NCBI GenBank assembly: GCA_010015585.1
Contig: ML975149.1
Source: Eremomyces bilateralis CBS 781.70
Taxonomy: Eukaryota
Direction: 5' to 3' (one strand)
DNA length: 64,000 bases
Position numbers and translations under genes: made by a program. The notes under the pieces are model-generated. The model had not been told where the DNA came from. It saw only the letters and a program-made list of their open reading frames with translations, and searched no databases. Of this stretch, positions 12,582-25,577 are shown one piece after another (position 1 is the first letter of the stretch; each line of letters opens with the position of its first letter).

Positions 12582-13461
12582 CTAACAATTACACCCCTGC
12601 CCACCCTGCGTGTTCGCCGCCTCCGGCCGCAAGTCCACACCAGGTCTTTGCGCCGACCGGATATTCCGCGGGCCGGCCTGATCCAGCGGTAGCTTCTTCG
12701 CGATGGCGGTGAACAGCTCGCTCACGTTTTCGGAGGTCTTGGCGGAGGTTTCGAAGAAGAGGAGGCCGGCTTCCTTGGCGTAGGCTTCGGCTTCCTGGGT
12801 GTGGATGGCGCGCTTGTCGGGGCTCTCGGTCACGAGGTCGAGTTTGTTGCCGGCGAGGGCGATGATGATATTTTCGTTGGCTTGGCGTTGGAGCTCCTTG
12901 ACCCAGGATTTGGCTTTGTCTAGTGAGGACTGATGGGGAGTTAGCGTTAGGAGAAGGGAGGGGGAATAGGGGATAGCGTACGGCTTGGGTGATATCGTAG
13001 ACGACGACGGCGCAGTTGGCATTTCGGTAGTACATGGGAGCGAGAGACTTATAACGTTCTTGACCGGCTGTGTCCCATATCTCGAATTTGACCGTGGTGT
13101 TCTCATCCAAAGCGATGGTCTGTGTCAGGAAAGCGGCGCCAATGGTCGATTCTCGGTAGTCGTCGAATTGGTCCTGAAATGATAGGTTAACTTCATGCCA
13201 TGGACCGGGCTACGAGTGTGTATGGACATACTTTAACAAATCTAAGGACAAGTGAACTCTATCGTGATGTACATTAGCTATGACGGAGCTCAGATCAATG
13301 AACGCCGGCACCAACCTTTCCGACCGCTGATTCACCTAGACAACACATTAGCCTCCTGATATCCCGTACGGAAGAAACAGCAGCATACCTAGGAGAACAA
13401 GCTTGAACTGAGCGAACCGCGAGCCGCCAGGGCGGGCGCCAGGTTGGATCCGTGCCGCCAT
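12582..13461 (-). CDS. Rab5-family endosomal GTPase (Ypt52/RabB-like); exons 13461-13389, 13335-13316, 13258-13232, 13173-12982, 12929-12582
   Basis: [60 protein letters not shown]-terminal CNC prenylation motif; all introns GT-AG and frame-consistent. Confidence 0.95.
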
Positions 13462-13781
13462 CAGGCAGACGATCGGTGACTTCGGGGAGGAGAGGGGCGG
13501 AGAGAGACGATTCGCAAGGCGTCGAGAGATAGATCCGGGTAGATATTAATTCAGGGGTGGTTTCGGTGGCAGATGGTGGGGATGGGGTGGATTTGGTGGA
13601 AGGGAGATGGAGCGGATGGATGGTTGATGGTGGTAAGAGTGGACAATTGACATGGAGGATTGAGGTGGAGGCTTGGAGGCTTGGACATGCCCACGCGTGA
13701 CGAAGTACAGCCAGACCGCCGAATGTTGGGCCGTACCGCCACAACACCGCCACATTATATTTGCAGGGTTTATTACGTTAA

Positions 13782-13819
13782 TGTCACGTGACAGAAAATA
13801 ATTACGCCACATCACGTGA
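13782..13819. promoter_or_regulatory. Paired E-box (CACGTG) palindromes in the Rab5/SAC1 divergent promoter
   Basis: TGTCACGTGACA (13782-13793) and TCACGTGA (13812-13819) lie between the divergent ATGs at 13461 and 14125. Confidence 0.5.
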
Positions 13820-14124
13820 GATTGACTGCAACTGCAGTGGCTGGTGAAATCTAACCCGACCCTGACGCCAGAGATGGACAGATGTTATTGTTATTTGCTC
13901 CCACGTCTCGAAGAATTATGATTGATATGTGTTGATAAACTTGATATATGGACTACCATGGATCTTCCATAACCAATATTGAAGTAATTTGAGTCTCATT
14001 GGCTGATCCCCTGCACTGTACTTCTTGTTTACACTACCCAGTGCTTTGTCCAATTCACCGTTGACATCACACACCTGTCCATCCCTCGTTGTGCCAACCG
14101 ACCCAACAGCCCACGATATCCCCC

Positions 14125-16268
14125 ATGGCTCCTCTCCTCCCATTCAGGGACATCAATGTCCATGTTTCAGGCTCCCACTACTCCTTCCTCTCCCCCTCCT
14201 CCCCGAATTCACCAACCCTCGTCGTGGACCGTCCGTCCGGCGACCTACGGCTGCACGATGGCAAGCTGCTCGGAGCACGGCGCATATCGAGCATCGCTGG
14301 CATCTTAGGCATCATCCGGCTCCGACTCGACAAATACATCGTCGTCATCTCGAAGGCGCGACCGGTCGGACGGATCCGGGGTCATATGACCTACAAAGTT
14401 CAGGAGACCGAGCTCCTCCCTTTGCGCGAACGACCGTTGCATGATCATGACGAGGATACATATGTAGCGTTGCTCAAGTCAATGCTGAAAACGGGACCTA
14501 TGTACTTCTCCTACTCAATCGACATTACGAACAGCTTCCAGAGACAGGGACAGGCGGATCTGGCTTTGCCACTGTGGAAACGCGCAGACGATCGGTTCTT
14601 CTGGAATCGATTCATTCAGTCGGACCTGATAGACTTGCGATCCGGTCTGGCAACCACCGCTGGATACCGCCATTCTCAAGGACCGCAACCGGGAGCCGAT
14701 CCTTACATTTTGCCGGTTATCTTTGGAGTCTTGGAAATTCGACCCACGACGATTAAGACTACACCGCTCACATACATCTTGATCACGAGAAGATCACGAC
14801 ATCGAGCAGGTACGAGGTATTTCTCCCGAGGGATAGACGAAGAAGGTCATGTTTCAAATTTCAATGAGACCGAACAAACGATCGTTTTGAACGACAGTGG
14901 CAATGGCGGATTCGGCGGGAGACTCGGATCGGACAACAAGGAAATGCAGGTTTTGTCATATGTCCAGACGAGAGGCAGCGTCCCCGTCTACTGGGCGGAG
15001 ATCAACACGTTGAAATACATACCGAAGCTCCAGGTTCGCCCGATCGAGAGTTCCGTGCGCTCGGCGAAGTTGCACTTTGACGAGCAGATCCAGACGTACG
15101 GTGACAACTATCTGGTCAACCTGGTGAATCAAAAAGGGCGAGAAATTCGAATCAAAGAAGCCTATGAGCAACTGGTCAAGATCGTCGTCTCTAGCCCAAG
15201 GGAAGGCGTCGAAGCTGATAAGATCACCGACGAGAAATTGCACGTTATCGAGCCGAAGAAGGAGAAGTCGAAATATGATCGACTCCATTATGTCTATTTT
15301 GACTTCCATAACGAGACCAAGGGCCTTCGCTGGCATCGTGCACAACTCCTGCTTCAGCAATTGGAACAGGGACTCCGGGCGGACGGCTACTTCCGCGGCG
15401 TGGACTATCCAGGCGATGCCGACGGCCGAATGGAAGTCCGCAACCGGCAGACGGGCGTCGTTCGCACCAACTGCATGGACTGTCTCGACCGGACGAACGT
15501 GGTGCAAAGCATGCTCGGCCGCTACATGCTTACCCGCATGTTGATCGACCTGGGAATTCTCCGCGAAGGCGATGAAATCTCCCAGGAACTGGAATTCGAG
15601 AACCTGTTCCGGAATATTTGGGCGGATAACGCGGATATCGTGTCGAAGGCATACTCTGGCACCGGGGCGCTGAAGACGGATTTCACCCGGACCGGCAACC
15701 GAACGAAGGCAGGCATGGCGCAGGACTTGAGCAACTCGTGCACGCGATACGTGAAGAACAATTTCCTCGACGGCCCGCGACAGGACGCGTACGATCTGTT
15801 CCTGGGAACCTACCTGCCATCCACCGGCGGCGCCGGCAGCAATCTGATCTTCGTCGATCGGCGTCCCCTCTTCATCCAAGCGATGCCGTACTTCCTCGCC
15901 GCGAGCATCTTTTTCGTCCTGGTCGGCTCGTTCGCACGACGGGATACTAGCACCGCCGTCTGGCCGTTCCGGTTGATCATGCTGGTCTTCCTTGGCATTG
16001 GGGCGGCGACGTTCCATTTCATCTGGTCGCATGGGACGCTCTTCGTAAGTCTCCGAGCCCTTTGTAGCGACCGTGTTCCATAGCTAACGACGAACAGGTT
16101 AATTGGCCGAAACTCAACACCCCGCCATACGCGGTCGAGGGATATCAGGATGCATTGGACCGTGTCCGCACGAATCCAATATTGGGCAGCACAGTGGCAC
16201 GGCATGAGAGGGGCAAGAGCATCGCCCGACTCGGCTTCATGGAAGAAGGGAAGAAGCGCATTGAATAG
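14125..16268 (+). CDS. SAC1: Sac1 phosphoinositide (PI4P) phosphatase; exons 14125-16044 and 16098-16268
   Basis: Catalytic RTNCMDCLDRTN, RAGTRYFSRGID, QTRGSVP; two C-terminal TM segments; GTAAGT...GCTAAC...CAG intron. Confidence 0.95.
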
Positions 16269-16807
16269 AGCTATTGTTGGCTGGCGTTTCTGCTCTTCCC
16301 GGAAATATTGCCCGCAATTCTCGATACGACATACCCCCAATTGTTCGTTCATCCCCTTCATCTGTACAATCCAATTAGAGTCCTCAGCATCCTCGTATTC
16401 GATATGGTCGGAGTGATCAGTAATCTGCGGTGTATCATGATTGGAAGAGTCGGCGCGCAGCTCGTGACCCCGCGCGCATTTCGCGTCTTGTATCACCACG
16501 GCTGCAGATTTCATGCCGTTTACGTGACGCGACAATCAGGCAGCGATGGGTCTGGCGGTGAGATGCTGCAGGAAAGGAAATGGATTGGAACATCGAAAGG
16601 TCGAGGGGATGTGAGGGGGCTTTATCGCTGAGAAGTCTGCTCGGGCATAAATATACGACATTTCCCCATTTCAAGTCAATTGAATCGTTCCCATCACCTC
16701 CTCACAAGACTTTCCTCGCGCCAATTCACAATCTAACAACCCTCACTCCACTTCAAGTCGAACCACAATCTACCTCACCCAAGCACAAACTCTCACCCCT
16801 CTCTGAA

Positions 16808-17557
16808 ATGTCTCACCCAACCGATCCCCCAATCGACCCCTCCCGCCGCTGGACCCTCACCGCTAGCCCCTCCTACATCGACGCCCGCAAATCCCTCTTC
16901 CAAGCCGAACTCACCCTCCGCTCCCAAATTGAGCACGTCGCCGCCCTCCGCCGCGCCCTCCCCCCGGGGCCCTTCCTTCCCCCCTACACCTTCACCGAAG
17001 GCCCCCGCGACCTCTCCGCCTCCGGCCCGTTTACCCATCCCACGCTCGCGGACCTAGCGTCCAACGGCCGCAGCCTGGTAATGTACCACATGATGTTCGG
17101 GCCCGACGACGAGAATGTGTGTCCGATGTGCGCGATGTTCGTGGACGGGTTGGAGGGGGCGGTGGGACATTTGGAGGAGCGGGTGAACGTGGTGGTATGT
17201 GCGGCGGCGCCCATTGAGAAAGTTCGAGAGTGGGCGAAGAGGAGGGGGTGGGGGAAGTTGCGGTTCGTGTCGAGTGCGGGAAGTGGGTTTAATCGGGACA
17301 TGGGGACGGAGGTGGAGAGGGAGGGNNNNNNNNNNGAGAGGGAGGGGGGGAGGATGGGGCAGGATGCGGGGGTGTCGGTGTTCCAGGGGGAGGAGGAGGG
17401 GGTGAGGCATTTGTATATGCAGAAGGGGGATTTTGGGCCGGGGGTGGAGAGGGGGTTAGATTTGTTGTGTCCGGTTTATAATGTGTTTGATTTGGTGCCG
17501 GAGGGGAGGGGGAATTGGTATGCTGGGAATGAGTACATGATGCGATCTGGTGTGTAG
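16808..17557 (+). CDS. DUF899 family thioredoxin-like protein (contains a 10-N gap at 17326-17335)
   Basis: VAALRRALPPG, LVMYHMMFGP, CPMC, KRRGW..LRFVSS...FNRD, FDLVPEGRG are characteristic of DUF899; intronless. Confidence 0.8.
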   Translation: MSHPTDPPIDPSRRWTLTASPSYIDARKSLFQAELTLRSQIEHVAALRRALPPGPFLPPYTFTEGPRDLSASGPFTHPTLADLASNGRSLVMYHMMFGPDDENVCPMCAMFVDGLEGAVGHLEERVNVVVCAAAPIEKVREWAKRRGWGKLRFVSSAGSGFNRDMGTEVEREXXXXEREGGRMGQDAGVSVFQGEEEGVRHLYMQKGDFGPGVERGLDLLCPVYNVFDLVPEGRGNWYAGNEYMMRSGV

Positions 17558-17691
17558 GGGGATGAGATGCTTTTCGACGTTGAGGGCAGTGCGGAGAATG
17601 CAGGAGTGATAATGAGATACGAACCATTGCAGTACTTCATATTCTCTGTGTAGGATTCATCGCGAAAATCTAGGGTAGTGACCTGAAATCA

Positions 17692-18594
17692 TTAAACCAG
17701 TGACAAGCAGTAGATTAACCCCCTTTCCTCCCTTGGAATTTTACTCCGCACACGTAAGCAATTCCGCAAATCCGAAATCCAGCGCCACCTTCTTGCTCGA
17801 CGTTTCGGGGCCGTCAAGTCCAGCAGACTAATACAGAAGTTCTGGGAGAAATTGCTACTACTGTACAAGAATCGATAGATTCCCAGCATCGTCAGTTTAT
17901 TCTCCACTTCCGCCACAACGTGCGACGCTAGAGTGGCTTTGAGCTTGCCGTCGCCGGTTAGGGCGGAGTCCACTCATTTCTGGACTTTCAGCGCGCGTCG
18001 AAGCGCTTCGAGCTCGGTGAATCGGTCCTCGAGTAGTTCGCACAGCGAGACTTGGGGTTCCATATCGGGTTCTGCATCCATTGCGGCGGCTGCCTGATCG
18101 GCCAACTCCCGTTGTGTATTTGGTGAGGCCGGGCTCTCGAAATCCTCTTCTCCGTCCTCGTCCACCTCCTCCCTAGAATCCCCTTCCAACTCATATATCT
18201 GCGAATTGAGATCACATTCACATTCCTCTTCACAGGACTCCGGATCAAAATACCGTTCCTTTTCTTCTGTCGGTTCGTCCAAAAGCGCTGGGTTGATTTC
18301 GTGCTCCTCAACGATAATTGGCAGCCTTTCGCCCATCTTCGCGGGCGAAAGAACAGAGAATGTGTCTTGTTGCTGGACGTCTGCGGGTCCTCCTTATCTC
18401 TTGCCGTCACTAAGGTCTACCTCGATTTCAGGCACTAGAGCCATGCTTGACTCAGTTAACGGCGTATCGACGGTGGTCAGGGTGGGACATTCGTCCGGCA
18501 TCTCGAAGGTTTCTTGCTCGATTCCTGAGAGGATCTCCGAAAGCCCTAGGACGTAGTAGGGGACGGAGGAGATATTGGAAATGGTAGCACCCAT
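17692..18594 (-). pseudogene. Acidic hypothetical protein, one reading frame broken by two in-frame stops
   Basis: ORF-track pieces 18394-18594, 17974-18336 and 17692-17973 are all in the same frame, separated by TAA (18396-18394) and TGA (17976-17974). Confidence 0.45.
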
Positions 18595-19485
18595 TTAGGG
18601 AATATCGGGATCGGAGCCGTTGGGCCAGCTATAATTATTTGTTTTGGCCGGGCGGCTCACAGAGTCGAGTTGGTATTGAAGGGGATTCGGTGGATTTGCA
18701 ATCTAGAGGATTTGCTGTATAGTTGAATGATCTTGAAGGATGGTTCTTAAGGCCACCATCCTCTCTTCTTTGGCATATTATATATATCCCGCCATCTAGA
18801 ACTCCTGCAAAGCCCTTACCCAGATGAAAGAGGATATGTGCCGCGGAGACAGCTCACTGCTCATAATTGAGACCGTCGTAGATAGCAGAGGGTTTCTGAT
18901 AATCTTTCTGGGCCTGGTCTTACCATTTACCAAAGCTCAAACAATGTCGTGATACATGTCCTGGAATCTTCGCTCAGCTTGTGCTCGGAACGATATCTCC
19001 ATACAACAATGAGCAGTCTACCCAAACGGATAGAAGCCACGGCCACACTGTGAGCTCTGTCCTAGATGCTATTTGGAGCCAAGCTGAGATGACTGGGATC
19101 CAGTGACTATTGAGGCACTGGATGGTTCTCAAAAATCAAACGGTGTGTCGGTAATTAGAGCCTGGTGGCATCATGGAATCTCGCCGGACATTGGACACCA
19201 AAGTATTGCGGACATGATTACGCATCACAACACTAATTCAACATGCTAAACGATTGCATACTTTCATGATTGACGGTGTTCAGTTACTGGTAGAATTTAT
19301 TGTAAGAATGGCGAAGACGGTGATGTTGTCCGGCATTGATACGTCGATTGTGGAGCCAGGCATCCTCGGGAAGTTCCGGACGCAGGATGCTCGGCGCTTC
19401 AACTTCATCCCAAGATTTTGTTGCTTCCCCCAAGCTGTTCATCCAATTTACCTGGACATCTCCATCCTTCTCAAAGCAGCTCGTC

Positions 19486-21603
19486 ATGCTGCGCGCCGCT
19501 CTTTTACGGAGTAGAGGAGCTCCATTGAGGGTCCTTGGGAGCGCCCAGGGAGCCCAATGGCAGCCGGTTGCGCAGCGATTTGTTCTCGCTCAGAACTCGG
19601 TATGACCTCGCGGATCACACGAACCAACGCCATCCTAACGAACAGCAGACATCTCGAAGGGCCTTCGCCAGCAAAAATCCTGATGAGACGGTTCTACCTG
19701 GGTCTAAGAGCTCGAAAGCAAGCGTCGAAACGGCGCCTCCGGACCCAAGGCTCTCTCCGGCTAATGGATCGCCCTCCCAACTCGATGGGCAACCTGTCCC
19801 CAGAACACCACCTTCACCTGCCGAAGTGAAAGCTGCTAGATCTCCATCAATCCCCCCGACTCAACCGCCGACTGGCACCGGCACTGCCTCCGTTGCTCCT
19901 CCGATTAAGCCTCGTAAGAAGAGACGCCCGTTGCGTTTCCTCCTGTTGACCGCCCTCCTTTCGGCCCTTGGATATGCTGGCGGTGTCTACTATGCGCTTG
20001 TATCGGACAACTTTCATGATTTCTTCACGGAATACGTCCCGTTCGGCGAAGACGCTGTTGGGTATTTCGAAGAGCGGGAATTCCGGAAACGGTTCCAACC
20101 AGCAGGCTCTCAGCCCCGTCTATATCAGCAAGTGCGTGGTGAGAGTAAGGTCAACATTCCCGAGCGGAGCGGCGTATCTTCCAAATTGGTCGATGAGGCG
20201 ACAAGAAAATCGAGCGATTTGGGAGCCAAGGGCCGGCATATGAGCGCTTTGGAGGATCCATCAGCAGGAAAGTCGAAGCCAGCACCTGCTGCTCCAGTGA
20301 CCCCTGAGGCACAAAAAGCAGCCCCAGAGTCTACATCGCATGCGCTTCTACCTACGGACAATGCCAGTCGGGAGAAAACAATCCCGGCTGCAGAAACACC
20401 CAAAGCCGAGGCTGCGAAACCTGTTCAATTGCCTTTGATTGACCACATCAACATTGAGGGCGCGGAAGAAGCAGTCATTCAAGATGTTGTCAAGGTGGTT
20501 AACGACATCATTGCGGTAGTCAATGCGGACAACGCCACCGGGAAGTATTCTACCACGATCCAAAAGGCCAAGGAATCAATCGCCAAGGTCCGAGAGGACC
20601 TGATTGCAGCGAAGGTGACGACTGAGCGCAACACGGAAGAACAATTGAAAGCGCTGCACTCCGATTTCGACGCTGCAGCCAAGGAGTTCCTCCGACGACA
20701 GGACGAAGCGATCCGGGAGGTCGAAGCCAAATGGCGGGACGAGTACGAGTCCGAGCGTGAACTGCTCAGCAAGAGCTATCAAGACAAACTCCGCTGGGAA
20801 TTGGACATTGCCGAGAAACTCCACGAACAGAAGCTGAAGAACGAGCGTCTCTCACTCGCTATTGGACTGAACGACCAGTTCGCCGAGAGTGTCCGCAGTC
20901 ACGTCGAGAGCGAGCGAAATGGTCGTCTCGGCCGTCTTTCGGAGCTCGAAGCCGATGTCAAAGAACTCGAAAAGCTTACTGGCGAATGGAATTCCGTCGT
21001 CGACTCCAACTTGCAAACCCAGCATCTTATCGTCGCCGTCGAAGCCGTCCGCTCCAACATCGAGAGGGCCGACCGGCCCCGGCCATTCATCAACGAGCTT
21101 GTCGCCCTCAAAGAAGTGGCGAGCAACGATCCGGTCGTGAACGCCGCCATTGCCTCGATCAACCCGGCCGCATACCAGAAGGGTATCCCCACCCCCGCGC
21201 AACTCATCGATCGCTTCCGACGCGTGTCCGCCGAGGTGAGGAAGGCGGCGCTGCTGCCGGAACATGCTGGCGTTGCGAGCCATGTGGCCAGCCTTGCGAT
21301 GAGCAAACTCATGTTCAAGAAGCAGGGACTGCCGGTCGGAGATGATGTGGAGAGCATCTTGACAAGGACGGAGGCCCTTCTCGAGGAGGGAAACCTAGAT
21401 CGGGCCGCGCGTGAGATGAACGGGCTGAAAGGATGGGCGAAGACGTTGAGCAACGATTGGGTTGGGGAGTGCAGAAAGGTGTTGGAAGTGCGACAAGCGC
21501 TTGATGTGAGTACCGGCAATCCCCTTTTAAATATGAGACACTACTGACACATCACCAGGTCATCGCTACGGAAGCCCGATTGAAAAGTTTGCTTGTAGAT
21601 TAG
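19486..21603 (+). CDS. MIC60: MICOS subunit Mic60 (mitofilin); exons 19486-19599, 19646/19649-21505, 21559-21603
   Basis: Mitochondrial presequence MLRAALLRSR; TM segment followed by SDNFHDFFTEYVPFGE; coiled coil; C-terminal GNLDRAAREMNGLKGWAKTLSNDW...RQALDVIATEARL. Confidence 0.93.
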
Positions 21604-21986
21604 GGGTTATGTACAATATCAGCGCGAGAACGAGCGACAATCGGTACACGCCTGGATCAAGTGGATTCTTCTGTACTGTACCTTACGGTTCAATTAGATA
21701 GATGGATTTTGCAGTAACAAAACTTGTACATGTATGAGGCATTGTATATCTTCATCTCCTGCATGGTGATCCATTACACGATGCTCCGTTCGCTTTCCGA
21801 AATGGTTGCCAAGCGGACGGAAGCTCGGAGACTTTCATGTGACATTAGATCTGATGTGAGGCTGAACACCCTGTCTCAGCCTCAGCTCCACATGTCATCA
21901 ACAACCAAGTCAACTTCGACGACACTCAACATTTATCCTGTTTCCTCAAACACTTCCACTTATCCGTCAGCACCACACCAATCACC

Positions 21987-22930
21987 ATGGAAGTTCTCGA
22001 TACCGCCGTCGAGGCCGTCCGCCCATACGTCAAACCCATCACCCACAACCTCCCAACCTTCATCTTCGACGCCGGCACCTCCCTCATCGGGCCCCACTGC
22101 TACAAGACCCTCCTCCTCGACTTCGACCCCTTTCAATCCCCCGAATGCCTCAAACTCGCCACCAGCAAAGCTCTCGGCCTCGCCATCATCGCCTCCTCCT
22201 CCGTCGTCAAGCTCCCGCAGCTGATCAAGCTCGCCAAGTCGCGCTCCGCCGAAGGGCTCTCCTTCACCGCGTACGCGCTCGAGACCGCCGCGTTCATCAT
22301 CACCTGCGCGTATAATGCGCGCAGCGGGAACCCGTTCAGCACGTACGGCGAGAGCGCGTTGATCAGCGTGCAGAACGTGGCGATCGCGACGATGATTTTG
22401 CATTTTAGCGGGAAGAAGCTGGAGGCGCAGGCGTGGTTTGCGGGGGTGGGGTTCGCGGTGTCGGCGTTGCTGGGAAAGGGGGTGGTAGGGGATGAGGCCA
22501 TGGGGTATCTACAGGCGGGGGCGGGGGTGTTGAGTATCGCGAGCAAGGTGCCGCAGATCTGGACGATTTATAAGGAGGGTGGGACAGGGCAGTTGAGCGC
22601 GTTTGCGGTACGTTCGGAAAACGCGACGTGATGCTAGACTAACAGTGTATTTAGGTGTTCATGTACCTGATCGGCTCCTTGTCGAGGGTCTTCACCACAC
22701 TTCAAGAGGTTGATGATCCGATCATCCTCTACGGGTTCATTGCCGGGTTCATTCTGAACGGCATTCTGGCAGTGCAGATGGTTTATTACTGGAATGGGTC
22801 CAGTAAGACGAAGGCCAAAACCACGACGTCCAAAAAGAGGCAGGCTGCAATTAAGGGGAAAGAGCCGGTTCCTGTTGCTTCATCCACGACAACGCGCTCC
22901 AAGGGCACCCCCTCGAGGAGGAAGGCTTAA
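21987..22930 (+). CDS. MPDU1: Mannose-P-dolichol utilization defect 1 (PQ-loop) protein; intron 22608-22654
   Basis: Two PQ motifs (VVKLPQL, SKVPQI), PFSTYGE, TGQLSAFAV, SRVFTTLQEVDD. Confidence 0.9.
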
Positions 22931-25418
22931 TTCATTTTCAGACGCCTCTGATTTTGGTACATTTAATTTAATGGAACTGGTTGCTGACGTTCCTGTAGAC
23001 TAAATGTTTAATACTTCTGATTTACTGATTCACTTGGGTGTCCTTCATGCTTTTTGTCAAATTGGAAAAGAGAACCCAACCTTCGACGATCGAATGGCGC
23101 ATCTCGCAGGACCAACTCGGCTCCATTTCTCAGGCATTCTGCTTTCGCCTGTACTCCAATGCCTCGAGCGCAGCTGTTCGTCTGGAGACCCCTTAGCCAC
23201 CTTGCCGACGAATCTCCCCCCCTCACACATGAAACCGGTCTTGTTCCAATTCTCTGTTCCAAATCGTTTCACAATGTGTTTCAACGAATGTTTCGATCCT
23301 TTCTTGCAGAGGGGAATGCCCATAACTATGTATATCTGCACCAGGAAACCCGTACCATCGAAGTCCAAAACCTCTGCACGTCGATGAGCATACTTAGGAA
23401 TAGGGGACGAACGGTGGGGTGATCGATGACTCTAGGTGGCATGGAAACCACGGGAGAATGGAAAGGGGTCGTTTATTATGGACGCTAGCCACCAACCCAT
23501 CCAAGGGCCATGGCGGTCGAGTATCGGTGTACACTATGTAGATTTGGCCAGTCTGTCCTTCGCATCATCGCCCATGCATTCCATTCATTTTCACAGGAGA
23601 GCCACTGGGTACTTATATTTGTTACGAACACGCGGCCTGCTCTCAGCATTGTATTGACAACAATGATTCGAAACACTAATAACCGTTGGTGACACTAGAA
23701 AAATAACTTCTGTTTCCCCTTTCTGCAAGCCGCAGACCCTCGCCGTTCTCAGCCGTAGTGCATACGCCCTTTGATGTTCTTTCTGACTGGATCTTGTATC
23801 TATCTATGCAGCTGATTGACTCCCAGTTATGATGTGTAGCAAATCCCACGTTTTGTATGGTGAGATGAACTCGTTGATTGAATCAAGTGACTCAGAAACG
23901 CTACCCGTAAGTGCAAATGAAGACACCCGACCATGACGCCAAAGGCATCGTCTCCACGGGTCAGCCATGGCACCAAGACCTCTTGCTACATGCATGCATG
24001 CCCGGTGCTTGATGTTGGGTCGAAATATGCCTGATTAAACATCTGCACAGAAGCAATCGCTAGATACATGCAGGCCCACGCAGCCACTGCCATCCCTTGA
24101 AACTTGTCTGCCGTGGCACTACCTGGCCCTCTGGTGCCTCGCCTACTTTGTGAGGCTCTTTTTTGTTGTGTCGATCTTCAACTTCTTGTTTGCGTTGCTT
24201 CGATCGTTTGCGGCCTTCCTCTATTGATTGTGTCAGGTTAGCTACCTTATGTAGCATACGGAATAGTATTTTTCAACCTACCGTGTCCCCATTGGGCGAT
24301 TCACCAGGACTTCGAGTTTTATCCTGTCCATCACGACTTTGCAGACGGGTTTCCGTTCCTTGACCTAAATCGGTACAGGTGCTCCGTCGGAGATGGTGGT
24401 GCTTATCCTCATCGTCTGGAACACTTCCTCGATAGGGGACACACAATCTAGTGTGTTTTCATCCTTGTTCGCAAGGTCCAGATCACTGGATATCACCAGG
24501 CCTATGGTGTGCTTCGCTCTACATAGGTCCCTAGATTAAATTAGCCTGGGCTTCTTCAGTATTCACAGGCGTATGTCGCAAGAAAAGTTTGGGTGCGCTG
24601 AAGTGGATATAAGAGATGGACGGAGCTTACGAGGAGTTGCCAACTCCTCGCCTGGATATGGGATTCGCTATAGAAACCCCTCTTTATAAACCTATCATAT
24701 CCTACGGACTACAGCTTATCGTAGGCGATCGAGAAGTCCCGGATGGCATTCCGGAACTTCTCGATATGTATAACTTCGTGGTCGTTGATCAAGGATAGGT
24801 CTTTCTTGCCGCTCATTGAGAGAGCATGGTTAGGAAGTGATCCACTGAATGATTGGAGTCTGTGAATAGGCTAGCGAACTGTAGATGTCGTAGAGTAATC
24901 ATGTTGTTCAGGGCCGTGCTGTTTGTGGCCGTGTTGGTCGTTGCCGTCATGTCCATACCGGTGTCGTCCGTATTTCCAACTCCAGGAGTTGATTGCCTGT
25001 CTGCCATCTTCGCTCTTGAATTCGAAAATGAAGCAGACACCAGAGTTCCAAAAATGTCAAATTGGCTTTGCCAGAGCCAGATCTCACTCCAAACAAAACA
25101 TGCATGTGGATTATCTGCTATCTTCCCATTTGATAAACCACATGGCCTCCTCCACATACTGTGGAGGCCTCTCCTGTATCACATGCCTTTCACAATGCCT
25201 CTCCCCATGAAGTTAAGGAAAACTGTACCTCCACAAGGGTAGACTCTGTATTGAGAAAAGAAATATGAATTTATATGATACGCGGCATCGCCTAAATAAT
25301 CTCGAAATGGAGGTCATGTTGGAGGAGGCAAGGTTGGAGTTCAGTCATTTCAGTTGGAAATAGGCAAGTAGAGAAGGCTACACTAGAGGTCAAATGCGAC
25401 CTGGGCTCCACTGATAAC

Positions 25419-25513
25419 NNNNNNNNNNNNNNNNNNNNNNNNNNNNNNNNNNNNNNNNNNNNNNNNNNNNNNNNNNNNNNNNNNNNNNNNNNNNNNNNNN
25501 NNNNNNNNNNNNN
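25419..25513. other. Scaffold gap (run of N)
   Basis: About 95 consecutive n characters. Confidence 0.99.
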
Positions 25514-25577
25514 GCACGTGATGTGCTAAAATGGTTGGGAGTGAGGTGCTGTTGTTCCAGCAGCGAAGTTGTTGTAT

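Noticed and set aside
24060..25010. Possible minus-strand gene starting MADRQSTPG
   Set aside because: Could not build a stop-free spliced model; no homology recognised.
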